From Laetmonice hystrix (lineage: Eukaryota): a DNA stretch of 64,000 bases. Below, in pieces: positions 37,585-49,745 of the stretch (position 1 is its first letter; every line of letters begins with the position of its first letter). The position numbers were made by a program, and so were the translations under genes. The stretch covers positions 22,258,001 to 22,322,000 of the forward strand of contig OZ249447.1 in NCBI GenBank assembly GCA_965235115.1, in the 5' to 3' direction. The notes beneath the pieces are model-generated. The model was given only the letters and a program-made list of their open reading frames with translations, had not been told where the DNA came from and made no database searches.

Positions 37585-37600
37585 AGGTCATCAAAGGTCA
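37585..37600 (+). promoter_or_regulatory. Perfect DR4 nuclear-receptor element (AGGTCA-tcaa-AGGTCA)
   Basis: Read directly. Each half-site is also an extended AAAGGTCA. Confidence 0.3.
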
Positions 37601-39550
37601 CCATCACCAGGGGGCATTGTGTGTAGCAAAGCAAATAACTCAAGTATGATGTTTTTTGCCCTCTTCGTTTGATCTGAGCGGAATCTAGACTGTTTATAGT
37701 GTCAAGTCAGCTAAAGCATGAAGGTTTGATAAGAGGAACCGCCGGCAGGCTGCATGGTTGTTTCCTTGCTACGAGGCTCGAATCAAAGTCATGTCAGAGA
37801 GAAAAGAAAGTTTCGGGGGAGAAGAAGAAATTGGATTCCTTCAAGCGCCGGGTGTAATATGATGCGCATGTTGTAGCCTGGATCAAAGAGTGACATTTTG
37901 AAGCGGTCATCGTGTGGTGAGAATCAAAGGAGGAGACAGAGAGACGATGTGGCTGAATGTCACAGGGATGCCATGGAGGTGGTTGGGAGCCGGGGGATGG
38001 GGAGGCTGCAGGGGAACAGGTCTGGGGGTCAAATATTTCCATAAGACCCTGTCACCGACGGCTCTTGTAGATACAAAGCAAGGAGCTCTGACCTTTTCGT
38101 AATTGGCAGTATATATCTCAACCGGCCGCCTGGGTGGTATGGCGCTAAGTCGTGAGTTTAAGGAGCAAGTAAAGAAAAAAGATAAGTCACCGAATTAGAT
38201 ATGTCTGGACAGTTATGATCGAGGACATTTTGGGAGCAGTCAGGGAACGTCTTTTATTTTTAGGGCAGACATTGTGCGGCTTTGTCGGTGGATGTATTCG
38301 GAGAAAGAACTGTGGATGCATGTCAATATGTTAGTCTACATCATCCATATCATGCTTGTAACTCATGGTTTTATTTCACCACAAATATTAATTTTTTATG
38401 TCAGATATGGAGTCCGACATGCCAGTTGTACAGGTCTTTGGTCCGATGTTCTTTGACGTCGTGTGAGGTTGGCTTTTTCTCCCCTGATGTTTCCTGTTTC
38501 GTTTCCTGGCATCTGCCTTGTAACCTTTGATGTGCTGACACTTAAATTGTCATGCTTTGCAAACCGTAGCGTGTACACGGCTAGGCCTGCCAGAAGGCGT
38601 AGCATTGGGAGGCTCATGCATGATGTCCCAGCAAAGAAACTGATTCAGAAGTTGTCTGAAACAAGTCCTTCATCGGCAGACTGTGATGGCCTGGGGGCTC
38701 CACCAGTGGATTCAGTCAGAGCTGCTTGGAAGCACACAACCCTGATCAGGCCCAGCTTGGTGGCGAGTTTTCGGCCTACAAAGGAATTAAGATTTGTTCC
38801 TTATCAAAAACAGATGGTTGTGGTTCCGTGTCAGTCGGCCGGGAGGCTAGCGGGGCCTACTGCTGTTTGGACGTCGACTTGTAGAATCCTCTCCCTGAAC
38901 CGACCGCATCTCAACACTCACCGCTACCTTGCTGGAGGGTCTTCCTAGAACTGTAAAAACTTCTGACAGGGATCCCCACCCAATCTCCCTGGAGCTCTGG
39001 CTATTGGTGGATGGCAGGGGTATGCTTACATGGAGAACTTCTGGTATGTGCTGACAGAGATTTAACAAGAACAAAACAGGACAGTGAAACTGACCCACAT
39101 GTTTGTTGTACAGTTCTAGGGCCCAGAACATGCAGGGTTGGAGCGGCTGGGATAAGGGAGAAGGGGCCGTGGAATGTTGGGGAAGGGGAGAGAAGCAGAC
39201 AGCTGGCCAGCAGGGCAGTCCGCCAGACCCAGGTGTAGCACAGTAAGGGGAACACTCTCTTGGCCCTCTTCACAGTCGGTCCAGCTGCCCCAAGTCATTT
39301 CAGTTAAATATTTGGCGTATTTTGTCGTATTTGAGATACTGGTGAAATTAGGAAGCATTGCAAAAGGAAATTTTCCAATAAAGAGTGAAAATATTTCCTT
39401 TTGGAAAAATGCCCGACATCAAAGTGAACTGTCTTTAATATTTTGATAAAAACTGAGAGGATATTATTGGACGCAGGATCCAGGGAGTCAGGGAATGTCC
39501 ATAAAGTGACACTCTGCACGCCATCCGTAATGTCGGTGTTTTTCCTCCAG

Positions 39551-39905
39551 TCGGTTGCTGCCAGCAGTCTGTAGCACAGACCCCGCTGACGGCCAAGAAA
39601 CATACAACAAGCCTGCGGAATTGTTTGGTGCTGAATTAGAGATCCCTCCAGATAAACAACGCCTTTATTTTAGAAATAGTTCCTGGCGGCGCCATGAATA
39701 CAACTCTTGTTTCGCTGCGAAAAAAGAAACACAGGCTCCTGAGACTCTCATTGTAACAAATTCTAGAGCAGCGATTTACATCACCTTTTATGTAGGCCTG
39801 GCTAAGCATGGAAAAAGACATGGGGGACAGCCATGTTTGGGACGTAAAATTGTAGAAGTATTGATTCTTAGATACTCCACCAACCCTTGGCGCATTGCTA
39901 ATTGA
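39551..39905 (+). CDS. Candidate exon/ORF containing a ubiquitin-like motif (possibly a pseudo-exon or a chance match)
   Basis: Acceptor gtgtttttcctccag| at 39550 (phase 2) leads into the open frame RLLPAVCSTDPADGQETYNKPAELFGAELEIPPDKQRLYFRN. IPPDKQRLYF (39642-39671) resembles ubiquitin IPPDQQRLIF. There is no strong donor site. Confidence 0.25.
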
Positions 39906-40130
39906 ATGAAAAAGAGGAAAGTCATCCTTAATAGTAATTAATCGAGGCCTGTCCCATGAAATTGTTAATTTTGTCATGTGGCACCAGAATGCATGTAATT
40001 GATATTCATGGAACCAGATGCTCTGAGGAGACAGTGAGATGGATGGAGTTCTGTAAGGGATATGTTACTGGGCGATGGAAGCCGTCGGGGCTGGAGAAAG
40101 GGGGAGGGACAGAGGAGTCAGCTAAAGGAT

Positions 40131-40227
40131 CCTGCTACTGCTGCTGCTCCTGCTACTGCTACTGCTGCTCCTGCTCCTGCTCCTGCTCCTGCTACTGCTG
40201 TTCTTGCTCCTGTTGCTCCTGCTCCTG
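40131..40227. repeat. Low-complexity (CCTGCT/ACTGCT)n hexamer/trinucleotide tract
   Basis: Read directly. It produces the Pro-Ala-rich and Cys-rich ORFs 40062..40304 and 39956..40228. Confidence 0.9.
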
Positions 40228-43200
40228 ATTCTGTCGTACCCGGCCCCACCCAGCTGATCAGCCAGTATCATCATGCCCTCCTATATGGAATACCCCCGAC
40301 ATAACATGCACGCTGCCCTCCCACAGTAACTGTTTACGTTTGGCCCCGCCAGGAGCACGTGAGCAGGAGGTAGGCGTCTGTTCGCCTGGAGTGATCGTCT
40401 GTTTACTCCAGTAATCTTCCAGCATGTGCAGCCAATGAGGACGTGTTTGAGGCCGGCATCAAGCCATGACTCCGACATGCGTAGGACCTGACTACACGTG
40501 CACACATGCAGCACAGACACCCCTACCTACATGTGTATACATTAGACCCAGATTGCTGGTTAAAAGTTACTTGCGTCTTGTCTCGAAGTTTGTTTTCGAA
40601 CAGACATGGTCATGGTCGTGATTCTCTTTTCTGTAGTGTTTCTCTAATCTTGGACAAGTCTCTGGAACCATTACAGAATATCACTCTGGCTCTGTAGTCA
40701 CCTTTGTAATATTATTTTGAGATAATTTATCTGTGGGCTCTGGTGTAATGCATGCATGCACCAGTACGTAAACACTATATATACGGGCAGGGTCGCTTAA
40801 TCTTAAATCTGTTTTCAGCCACTAGGTGGCCGATTATTTTTTGAATTGAGCAGTGACGGTGAAGCTTGCAGCTGTTATGTGAGACAAAATGGTAGAGTAC
40901 ATAACTCATATATTACAGGTGTTAGAAACCCTAGCGGCACCTGGTGAGCTAACACCTGGTGCAGTGATGAAATATGTCAAAAGGTACGGAGATAACCAGC
41001 CCTCAAAAACGATCGGGAGGAAAAAAATGTGTTGAGCGAACCTGAGGGACTTATTTATTTGTTATTCGTCGTGGTAACTTGTCATGCTCAAGTAGTGTGA
41101 ACCCAAGTGTGGACATGAAGGACAGTCAGTGCCAGCATGAACTCCCACCTACCGTGTTGAGTTATCTTATGAAGAGAAAAAGGTTTATTGATGTTTTTGT
41201 TCTGCATGGGTTGGGTTAGGGATCAGCAGCGAGCACCTGTTGCAGAGTGATTTGAAGCGGCCTGGCGCCATGCTACCCTCACCCCTGGTTCTCGCCACTG
41301 AGAGATGCCGTCTTCAGTGGCGCACATCGGGTGCTGGCATTTGACAGCGCGGGAAAAGGTCGACAGTCTGATAGTCGGATTCGCTTCGTTTTTTGGCGCC
41401 TTTCGTCTCACCAGTGTCAATTTGTCTATATTAACGGCTGCCGGTATGCAAATAAAGAGGTCTGTCTTAATGAGTGATTACCGATGGCAGTGATGATAAT
41501 GAGCAGTTTCCTCATCAGTTTACGTCCCTAACCACTCAGATGGCTGCAACCGTTTCCTCTCAGCGTCTCCATGCTTTACGATAGATCCTCATCATCAGTT
41601 CCTGTGATAACAGCCGTGTTATCTTCAGAATAAGTTTTATGGTAGCAGAAGATAGCAGAACCAGATGACATACATAACTGAGGCGCTATGATGTATGTTC
41701 GGTGTGTGCTACACACACAGGCTGTTTACCCATCAGATAAACATTAAACGGAGAAAATCATTTTTTACATTTTTTTTAATCTACAAGGTTTCCTTTCATG
41801 TGCTGAAGTCGTTATTATATGGATGGAAGCGAGCACGGAATCCTGTCTCGGGTTCACCTACAGAAGGTTTTATCTATCTGGGAGGTCTCAGCGATTCTTA
41901 CACACAGTGGACAACTTGATAAGGGTCTATGTTTGTGGCAGGTACACGGGCGTCGTAGGTAAATCCTGGGTTAAAGATCACCTTGTACACGTATAACATC
42001 TTGAGTTTAGAATTGAGATGGGTAGTTGAATTTATTGACGTGTACCGTCGTGAGTTCTGGAATTCCGGTGTTTCCGAGGTAAAATTTCCTTCATATTAGT
42101 GAGAGATGACAGGAATGTTGCATGATTCCGTTGAAGATGTTGATGTTGAGTTTGACATGAGGGATGACGTAGATAAAGATCGGTGGTGGTGGCCCACATG
42201 ACAGAGGACATTGTTCACATGGAGACAGACACAGCAGCAGTCAGTCACTGGCCCGGTCCACCACGTCAAACTGACCTCAGTGACGGTCAGCTCTTGTCTC
42301 TGGTCCAAGGCACGTCAATAAATCTGGGTCAGGTATGAACAAATGACAAGGTTCTTTAGATTCAGTATAAACTTGGAATCTTTGGCTGGCTGGTGGAGGC
42401 GACACTAAGGTGGGAATGTGTCTGGTGTTTCTTTGTGCCATGGAGAAACAATTGCTGTATTTGTAGTAGGGTAATGATTGCACGTATTATAAAAAGAAAA
42501 CTGTGTCTTGGTCATCCCGATGTACAGAGAAAAGAGAAGGTACTGTCAAAAAAAGTCATGTGCAAACATATGACCGACTATAATAGAACATGTTGGCATG
42601 TGGCGTACATTTATAGACATTATCCATTCAGCCAATGTAGAACCACCCTATTTTTGTGTGAGAATCCCAGGTCCATTGTCACCCATACAAGGTGGTCGTG
42701 GGAGGGGGTGTAGGTAAACTAACGAGGGAGCCTGGCCGGGTTGACAGCGCCCCCTGTCGGCGTGATGGATATACTGGCTGCTCAGCTCAGATCTGACTGG
42801 CCACCGGAAGGAAGGAAAGGACCAAGGAAAGGACCGGCTGGAAATGAGGCCGGCAGTCATATGAACCTCTCCGTCTTCTAATTTGATCCATTCTTCAGAA
42901 TTTTGTCAGCTCCGATGGCGGGGCTGCACGCAGTGATTAGTGGAGCCCCCTATTATACTCGGCTATCACCGTGTTCGAACGACAAACAGCTGAGGGACCA
43001 GCCTCAGAAAGTGCGCCTTCAATGGGCAAGTCATCAATGTTATGTGAAAGTTATATGTAAACTGGCTACGTGAAACGTTTGCTCTGACTTTGTGAATGTC
43101 ACTGACTCCCAGGAGATACGGCCGTCACAGGATCACTGTCGGTCGTTTCCTTCAGGAGTCATAGTTCAGGATAGTGGTCACTAGAGGGCAGTGACATACG

Positions 43201-44467
43201 ACCTGGACAGGATGCATCTGTGAAACGGTGATAACATTGAGAGAGGCGGACACAGGGCGGGCACAGGGCGGGAACCAGTCGGGCACAGGGTGGGTCCACA
43301 TTGGGCCGTCAGGGGTCGGGCACTCAGATTCCAAAGCACGGGGACAATACACATGTTCCCATGCCCCATCTCCCTGCGAGCTCACAGTTAGGAGGTCTCA
43401 TTAAACGGAACAATGTATATATAAAGTGCGCTGATCAGGCTCGCCAAGCTCAGCAATTCTATTGAAACTCAAAACTATAGACCACGTTTATAAAGCCAAA
43501 CCGTGGTGTTTGGGGATTTTCTCCCTCCATTCTACGACTAGATTACAGCCACTGGGAAGTGATGGATTCTAAGTGTACGCCGTATACGCTGAAATCTACT
43601 AAACGTAACGTTTAGTGATATTTGAATGTTTCCCGCCAAGATGGCTATAGTTCTGAATACTCCGCGCCTTCGACGATATTTCCATGTATCTATCTGGGAA
43701 TAACACTTTATAATTGCAAGTGACGGCAACAAAGCTTTGTCATTTACGCACTGAATGCAGCAAGCCTTTATTTCCATATGAAACTTTACCACTTTCAGTC
43801 GTGCCCAGTAGAGAGTTCCTAATGAAGGTTTCGTGTTTTGATGGATCCTTTCAAGTCGCTTCATCCATCAGTGGAAACGGTAAACTTTGTAGCAAAGTGA
43901 GGGTAAAAATAGTGATGCATAGGTTGTGAAATTGAAAGTTACAAGAGAGAAAAAGAATGCTACGCTACATTTACTTTGAGATAATGAATGGTTTTGTGGC
44001 CATACCCCTGAAAGTCGATCTGTTAAAAGCTGAAAAGTTAAAACATACCCGCAGGTTTTTAATGACCCAATTTAAAGGTTTCATGTCCGCCTCAGTTTAC
44101 TTACTATAAACAGTTTTGGGAATAGAAAAAAATCATTTCACTAAAGGTGGCAGGTATAACGTAATTTTTCTCGGAGTGTAATGTTAAGATTTCCCTCCTC
44201 GGAATGGCAGGGAAGTGCAGATTTTCGCACTTCTCCATTTATCCGTATCCTAGGTGAACTAATCGAGCGGGAATAGCGAAAGGTTTACGAGTACTCTGAG
44301 CTCCCAACCTGAGACCAAACTAAGGACCAGATGCTCCACAATAAGGTGTCCCCACATTGTTCACTGAAGAGTTCTCAAGGGCCGCTGGACCTCATTGTCC
44401 TCCGTCAGCAGGCAATAGAGGTGGAGACAAGTAGATGGCTACAGGAATTGATTGTATAGATATCCTC

Positions 44468-44768
44468 CACAGTCTGCCAACAAATAACGTCAGGCCCGGG
44501 GACCACAGTAAGCCCACAAATTACGTCAGGCCTGGGGACCACAGTCTGCCCACAAATAACGTCAGGCCTGGGGACCACAGTCTGCCCACAAATAACGTCA
44601 GGCCCGGGGACCAGAGCCTGCCCACAAATAACGTTAGGCCCGGGGACCACAGTCTGCCCACAAATCACGTGAGGCCCGGCACAACAGTCTGCCCACAAAC
44701 AGGCCCGAGGATCACAGTATGCCCACAAAATTACGTGAGGCCGGGGACGACAGTCTGCTCCCAAAATA
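44468..44768. repeat. Minisatellite, 36-bp unit, ~8 copies, degenerating to the right
   Basis: Unit cgtcaggcccggggaccacagtctgcccacaaataa. It gives 12-aa repeats on both strands (PGDHSLPTNNVR and GQTVVPGPDVIC). Confidence 0.95.
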
Positions 44769-45673
44769 AACTGGGCCGTATTGTGGTTAAACAAGAAGAT
44801 CCCCCCCCCCCCAGCAGTGTAAAGGGTAGCGGGTTAAACTAGCACCCCATGCGTCATCTTCACTCCTTTTAAAATCTTCCACTACTGGAGAAGTAATCGC
44901 ACAAATGTATTGTGAGAATCCGTATGAATCCTTTCTGAAGTCATAAATAAGGATTGACTGAATTTGACCTGCTGCGAAAATTGGTCGTCCAGGTTTGCTA
45001 GGTGTTGGGGAGACGGGTGGTTAAAGCCGCCTGGTGCCGTTTCCTCGCCCCTACCTGTCAGGTGCTGCCTGCAGTGATTCCTCTGGTGTCATTCGTCACC
45101 ACTGGGGGCGCTCCACTCGACTTGCTGCCCCAGATGGCATCAATCAGACCAGTGACAGCAGCACAACCGTTCTGTCAGGCTCGGAACATCGGTCTCACTG
45201 GGTCTTCATCGAGAGAGGAGGCATAAGAAGAGGTATCTCTAATTCAGCAAGCAATTATAGGTGCAGCCATAGAATTGGTGGAACATGGCCCTTTCATCAT
45301 CGGCTCATGCCGTGTTGATTCCAGGCTCACCATCGACGCACATAGATAAAGCATTGTCCTTAGGAAGCCAGGGTTTTTTTGGGGGTGAAAAATCCTTTGA
45401 CATGTTAGAATTCCGAGTTGAAGAAAATTTCCACTGAGAGGATGTAGTTGGTTATGTTTGTTTTTATGTGTAGGTTCGTTGTGAACCAAACGGATGTACA
45501 AATGTATTTCCTTGCACCCCTTGGCCCTTATTTGGGGCCACAGGAAGATAGGTCAGACTGCAGACTCGAACAACCTCATTATTTACTGTGGTGTTCTCCA
45601 TGTCTCTTTGACCTTGTGTATAGATACTGGTTTGACGTCAGGTACTAATCATGTGTTTTTCTGTATTTTTCAG

Positions 45674-45710
45674 GTGAGTTTGATGCTTCCTTTATATACG
45701 TGGATGTAAG
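45674..45710 (+). other. Strong 3' splice site regenerating a 5' splice site (CAG|GTGAGT), or a 37-bp exon
   Basis: Branch-like tactaat at ~45643-45649, then atgtgtttttctgtatttttcag|GTGAGT, with a downstream donor AAG|gtagga at 45711. Only one frame is open (xEFDASFIYVDV). Confidence 0.4.
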
Positions 45711-47048
45711 GTAGGAGAGTTTTCTTGAAGTTATCTTCAGTGAGGTCACTTTGGTTATGACTCTAGTTGTATATTAATAGACGTTATGTCAGAGGGAACA
45801 GTGGTGACCCTGAGAAGTCGACAGATTGGTACTTTCAGAATCCATGCCAGATCTGGCTCAGCGATGGCAAGCCCCGTAACGTGATATTAAAATCTATATC
45901 GAAATGCCGACGGTTACACCTTACTGAAGTGAATACGATGAGGTATATTGCTATGCGTGTAGGTCTTTTTTATGTGGAAGGCGTGTAACGTTTCCTCATG
46001 TGGTATTTTGTTAAAAATAGTTATGTCTCAGTTTTCCACTTCACGCCCACATAGAAGGTTAGTGGCGTATCATATTTTCATTACAAGGTAAATGTGATAC
46101 TTAGAGATGGGAGTACAAAACATATGCAGGGATTTGATACCACGGCAGAGAGGATCTGGATCCTCCTGATTTGAAACAAGTGCACTCTTAAGACAACTAT
46201 TCCGTTGCTCAAAAAGGGTGTACAATGTACTGAAGTGAGTTTGGCCATTAGGTTAGGTGTTAGCGGGTCTCAGATCAAGGCAGGTTCGCTGTGGTTGAAG
46301 CCAGAGGCTGACTCAGCTACCTGGAATGTTTATAACCAAACCCGGATTGGGAAATGAGGGTTTTAGGGCGAGCTTTTAGTAAAGGTAAGGGGACAGCAAC
46401 CATTTCTGGGTAGGGGGAGCATTAACTGAACCGTTTATAACTTCTGTGGTATCTAATAGCAGAACAAATGGTCATTGTGTGGCTACTTTTTATAATAGCT
46501 AAATAGAAGGAAATTGAATGCCAGAATCCTTTGCCTGTGAACCTCAACATCATATCCGGAATCGGTTGGGCCTGTCCACATTTCTGAACAAAGGCTTTTG
46601 AGGTGGTGAAAATGGATCTTTTGAAATGTCGGCGCATATGTAAACGGACCTTGTTAGATCATTAAGCCAGGTCAGTAAGAAGCCGACAGAGGTAGAAGTA
46701 GCCACCTGTACACACATCTCGACTTTTGTCTCATGCTCATTTCAAGTTCACCTGCCCCTCTGCTGTAGAGTCGGCATTACATAATCAAAGGGCCCGCCTG
46801 GGGGCAAAGGTCGGACGGCATGATGGAGTGGTACGGTGAACGAACAGCAGAGATGAGCTGTAGACCCAGGCCCTAGGCCTCCTGGGGGCCAGGCCCTCTG
46901 GCTACAAGAGTGAAGAGTGAGGTCCTCAGGGTGGGAGTCATTGGACATAGCCGTGACCAATGACCGTGGAGACATGACGTGGGCCGCAAACTGTCGGTCT
47001 ACTCGTGAACCCCGGCCATGTGTAACTGTAGAGATACGAGATACGAGC

Positions 47049-47146
47049 CACCCCCACACCCCCATACCCCCACACCCCTGCACCCAACCCACACCCACAC
47101 ACACACCCCTGCACCCACCCCACACCCACACCCACACCCCTGCCAC
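47049..47146. repeat. C/A low-complexity tract (C1-4A)n
   Basis: cacccccacacccccataccccacacccctgcacccaacccacacc... read directly. Confidence 0.85.
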
Positions 47147-47253
47147 CAGCAGTCGGTGTGGAGGCCTCGTGCTCCTCCAGGAGTCGATAGAAAACGTTTT
47201 CACACCATTCCATCACAGCCTGTCATCAGGTTGTACGAGTTGAGATGTAAACC

Positions 47254-48186
47254 CTGGTCGCACCGAGCGGGAGTCCATACCACCAGCCGGCAACTCACTG
47301 CTCAATACTCGGCTGGTCGGACCGAGCAGGAGTCCATACCACTAGCCGGCAACTCACTGCTCAATACTCGGCTGGTCGCACCGAGCGGGAGTCCATACCA
47401 CCAGCCGGCAATATTAGCTCGACCCGCCATCAACTCACTGCTCAATACTCGGCTGGTCGCACTGAGCGGGAGTCCATACCACCAGCCGGCAACTCACTGC
47501 TCAATACTCGGCTGGTCGCACCGAGTCCATACCACCAGCCGGCAATGTCAGCTCGACCCGCCATCAACTCACTGCTCAATACTCGGCTGGTCGCACCGAG
47601 CGGGAGTCCATACCACCAGCCGGCAATGTCAGCTCGACCCGCCATCAACTCACTGCTCAATACTCGGCTGGTCGCACCGAGCGGGAGTCGGCTGGTCGCA
47701 CTGAGTCCATACCACCAGCCGGCAATATCAGCTCGACCCGCCATTAACTCACTGCTCAATACTCGGCTGGTCGCACCGAGCGGGAGTCCATACCACCAGC
47801 CAGCAACTCACTGCTCAATACTCGGCTGGTCGCACCGAGCGGGAGTCCATACCACCAGCCAGCAATATTAGCTTGACCCGCCATCAACTCACTGCTCAAT
47901 ACTCGGCTGGTCGCACTGAGTGGGAGTCCATACCACCAGCCAGCAACTCACTGCTCAATACTCGGCTGGTCGCACCGAGCGGGAGTCCATACCATCAGCC
48001 GGCAATATTAGCTCGACCCGCCATCAACTCACTGCTCAATACTCGGCTGGTCGCACCGAATCCATACCACCAGCCGGCAATGTCAGCTCGACCCGCCATC
48101 AACTCACTGCTCAATACTCGGCTGGTCGCACCGAGCGGGAGTCTATACCACCAGCCGGCAATGTCAGCTCGACCCGCCATCAACTC
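47254..48186. repeat. Modular minisatellite, 59-bp and 81-bp units
   Basis: Module A is ggctggtcgcaccgagcgggagtccataccaccagccggca (41 bp), optional module C is atgtcagctcgacccgccatca (22 bp), and module B is actcactgctcaatactc (18 bp). It explains ORFs 47018..47704, 47442..47759, 47545..47871, 47873..48202 and 47920..48315. Confidence 0.96.
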
Positions 48187-48881
48187 GCTGGGCCAGGATT
48201 GATACTAAACAATAGAAATAATCATGTTCGTTTTCCCTGGGGTAGTCATTGTCTGCTCACCTACGGATCACATGTAATATATCATATCGATACCGGACTG
48301 GAGATCTGCCACTGATTCGATATCCTTGAAACCTTTATTTAAAACATTTTCTTTTTCGGGGGGTGGGGGGGGGGGGCTTCAAAATTTTACAAGAAAGTAT
48401 TTTTTTTATATATTTCTATATCAGATGTTTTGCTCGGGACTGCTCGTGTTCAAAGGGTGCGTGACGTAATTGTAGGGTTAACGCCAAAATGGTTTAGCCG
48501 AGCAAAGCCGAGATCGACATCAAAATTATAGGTGGTCTCTTGATGGGGACCCTAGAGATGCTCGTGGCAGGCCCTGTGAAAAAAATGGGGCGTCTGAAAG
48601 TTTTGGCACGATAATTTGTGCTTTGATGAATCAAGAACCAAAGACCGGAGCCATATGCTTTGCGATAACATAACAGCCTCTTAGTGACCTTTGAACTTTG
48701 GTGTTTTTGATGATACAGACGTGATCTGATGGAGGCGTGACGGACTTCAAACGTGAAAAAAAGTATATATTCTCCACTGTGTGGGTTCTGATAGTCAGCT
48801 GTTTACCTAGCTCCTCCCTGAGGTTGATGTAAAACTCGTACATGAAGAGTAATGTTGTAGTGGCACAGAAAAGGTTCTGTT

Positions 48882-49745
48882 ACAACGGTGAGCAATGAAA
48901 GGGGGTGGAGAGTTAGGGCCCAGAGCTATCAGTACCTAGTGTATCAATATCATTATGATACAATGGTAAGCAATGAAAGGGGGTGGAGAGTTAGGGCCCA
49001 GAGGTATCAGTACCTAGTGTATCATGTATCATTACTATACAACGGTGAGCAATGAAAGGGGGTGGAGAGTTAGGACCCAGAGGTATCAGTACCTAGTGTA
49101 TCATGTATCATTATGATACAACGGTGAGCAATGAAAGGGGGTGGAGAGTTAGGACCCAGAGGTATCAGTACCTAGTGTATCATGTATCATTATGTTACAA
49201 CGGTGAGCAATGAAAGGGGGTGGAGAGTTAGGGCCCAGAGCTATCAGTACTAGTGTATCATGTATCATTATGATACAACGGTGAGCAATGAAAGGGGGTG
49301 GAGAGTTAGGGCCCAGAGGTATCAGTACCTAGTGTATCATGTATCATTATGATACAACGGTGAGCAATGAAAGGGGGTGGAGAGTTAGGGCCCAGAGCTA
49401 TCAGTACCTAGTGTATCAATATCATTATGATACAATGGTGAGCAATGAAAGGGGGTGGAGAGTTAGGACCCAGAGGTATCAGTACCTAGTGTATCATGTA
49501 TCATTATGTTACAACGGTGAGCAATGAAAGGGGGTGGAGAGTTAGGGCCCAGAGCTATCAGTACTAGTGTATCATGTATCATTATGATACAACGGTGAGC
49601 AATGAAAGGGGGTGGAGAGTTAGGGCCCAGAGGTATCAGTACCTAGTGTATCATGTATCATTTTGATACAACGGTGAGCAATGAAAGGGGGTGGAGAGTT
49701 AGGGCCCAGAGCTATCAGTACCTAGTGTATCATGTATCATTATGA
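48882..49745. repeat. Minisatellite, 79-bp unit, ~11 copies
   Basis: Unit acaacggtgagcaatgaaagggggtggagagttagggcccagaggtatcagtacctagtgtatcatgtatcattatgat. Confidence 0.97.

Noticed and set aside
38463-38948. 161-aa ORF, and a retroviral-protease-like antisense snippet (FVGRKLATKLGLI)
   Set aside because: There is no catalytic DTG/DSG motif and no RT, integrase or LTR nearby. The antisense frame is bounded by stops.
26810-40640. Homeobox WFQ words (near 26815, 33695, 40635)
   Set aside because: None reads WFQN/WFxNRR or has helix-3 context, so there is no evidence of a Hox or other homeobox exon.
47018-48315. Long ORFs up to 228 aa as genes
   Set aside because: They are fully explained by low-complexity and tandem repeat DNA. 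The same peptides appear in several frames and on both strands.
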